From NCBI GenBank assembly GCA_965243205.1, contig CBDEUK010000002.1, forward strand, positions 288,001 through 352,000: a stretch of 64,000 bases of DNA, given 5' to 3'. How positions within the stretch are numbered: the first letter of the stretch is position 1; each line of letters begins with the position of its first letter. Both the position numbers and the translations under genes were made by a program. Shown here piece after piece: positions 63,508 through 64,000 of this stretch. The notes under the pieces are model-generated. The model was not told the DNA's origin. It made no database searches and saw nothing but the letters and a program-made list of their open reading frames with translations. The stretch is from Gammaproteobacteria bacterium. GTDB lineage: Bacteria; Pseudomonadota; Gammaproteobacteria; Eutrophobiales; Eutrophobiaceae.

Positions 63508-63523
63508 TGGTATTTGAAATGCT
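63508..63523 (+). promoter_or_regulatory. Sigma54 -24/-12 promoter
   Basis: TGGTATTTGAAATGCT (GG-N10-GC), divergent from the sigma54 activator. Confidence 0.65.
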
Positions 63524-63585
63524 ATAGGTTTAGGAAAATTATGACTAAAACCATAAAAAGCCTGATTATTTTTGGAGTGAGATAA

Positions 63586-64000
63586 ATGAATATAAAGAAG
63601 ATTGATTCACAGTTTTATGTGAGCGAACAAATTGATAGTGGTGACTTGCAGGATATTAGTAATGCTGGAATTAAAACGATCATTTGTAATCGCCCAGATG
63701 GTGAAGCAAGTGATCAAATGTCTCATCAGGAACTTCAAAGAGAATTAGAAAAATATGGAATACAATTAATTTATTTACCTGTCAGTAAAGGAATGATTCA
63801 GGATGAGCAGGTTCTCGATTTTAAGAAAGCTTATCAAGAATCAACACGCCCTATTCTTGCTTACTGTAGAAGTGGCATGCGATCTTCAAGTCTTTGGGCA
63901 CTTGCCAATGCAGGTACATTATCACTCAGTGATATTCTGCAAAAAAGCGCACAAGCAGGTTATGACCTAAATGCATTAGCTAAAAGAATATTGAATGGTG
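63586..64000 (+). CDS. TIGR01244/DUF442 sulfurtransferase domain protein (3' truncated; may be fused to SQR)
   Basis: Translated by hand: MNIKKIDSQFYVSEQI...IICNRPDGE...PILAYCRSGMRS...AGYDL; GGAG RBS; open to window end. Confidence 0.88.
   Translation, partial: MNIKKIDSQFYVSEQIDSGDLQDISNAGIKTIICNRPDGEASDQMSHQELQRELEKYGIQLIYLPVSKGMIQDEQVLDFKKAYQESTRPILAYCRSGMRSSSLWALANAGTLSLSDILQKSAQAGYDLNALAKRILNG

Noticed and set aside
63541-63585. 14-codon upstream ORF MTKTIKSLIIFGVR abutting the TIGR01244 ATG
   Set aside because: No regulatory codon run or hairpin; cannot be told from chance

Overview
AT-rich gammaproteobacterial chromosome segment at the replication terminus. 1-2445: zipA 3' end and ligA. 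2621-16301: a 13-gene Tad/Flp pilus locus with an unusually long, repeat-containing CpaB. 16317-51003: mostly conserved housekeeping blocks (nadB, rpoE-rseAB-mucD, lepAB-rnc-era-recO-pdxJ-acpS, prfC, rne/rluC, yceD-rpmF-plsX-fab, pabC-mltG-tmk-holB-pilZ-tatD) plus two c-di-GMP genes. The main feature is a 10,867-bp integrase-less prophage inserted in the chromosomal dif site (51108-61991). It pairs a PM2/corticovirus-like tailless virion module (double jelly-roll capsid, FtsK-HerA packaging ATPase, small membrane proteins, duplicated vertex proteins, M15 peptidase, holins) with an inovirus/IMEX-type control module (P2 gpA-like HUH Rep, DUF3693-like repressor, XafT-like DUF3653 protein). Two candidate switch layers are readable in the DNA. 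First, attP lies inside the repressor gene, so integration removes a 29-aa second hydrophobic helix. Second, the 5' leader of the predicted lytic transcript folds into a hairpin carrying a 15-nt perfect antisense to the repressor RBS. The window ends with a sigma54 activator divergent from a TIGR01244 sulfurtransferase-domain gene. All family assignments are by eye or from recalled motifs; no searches were run.
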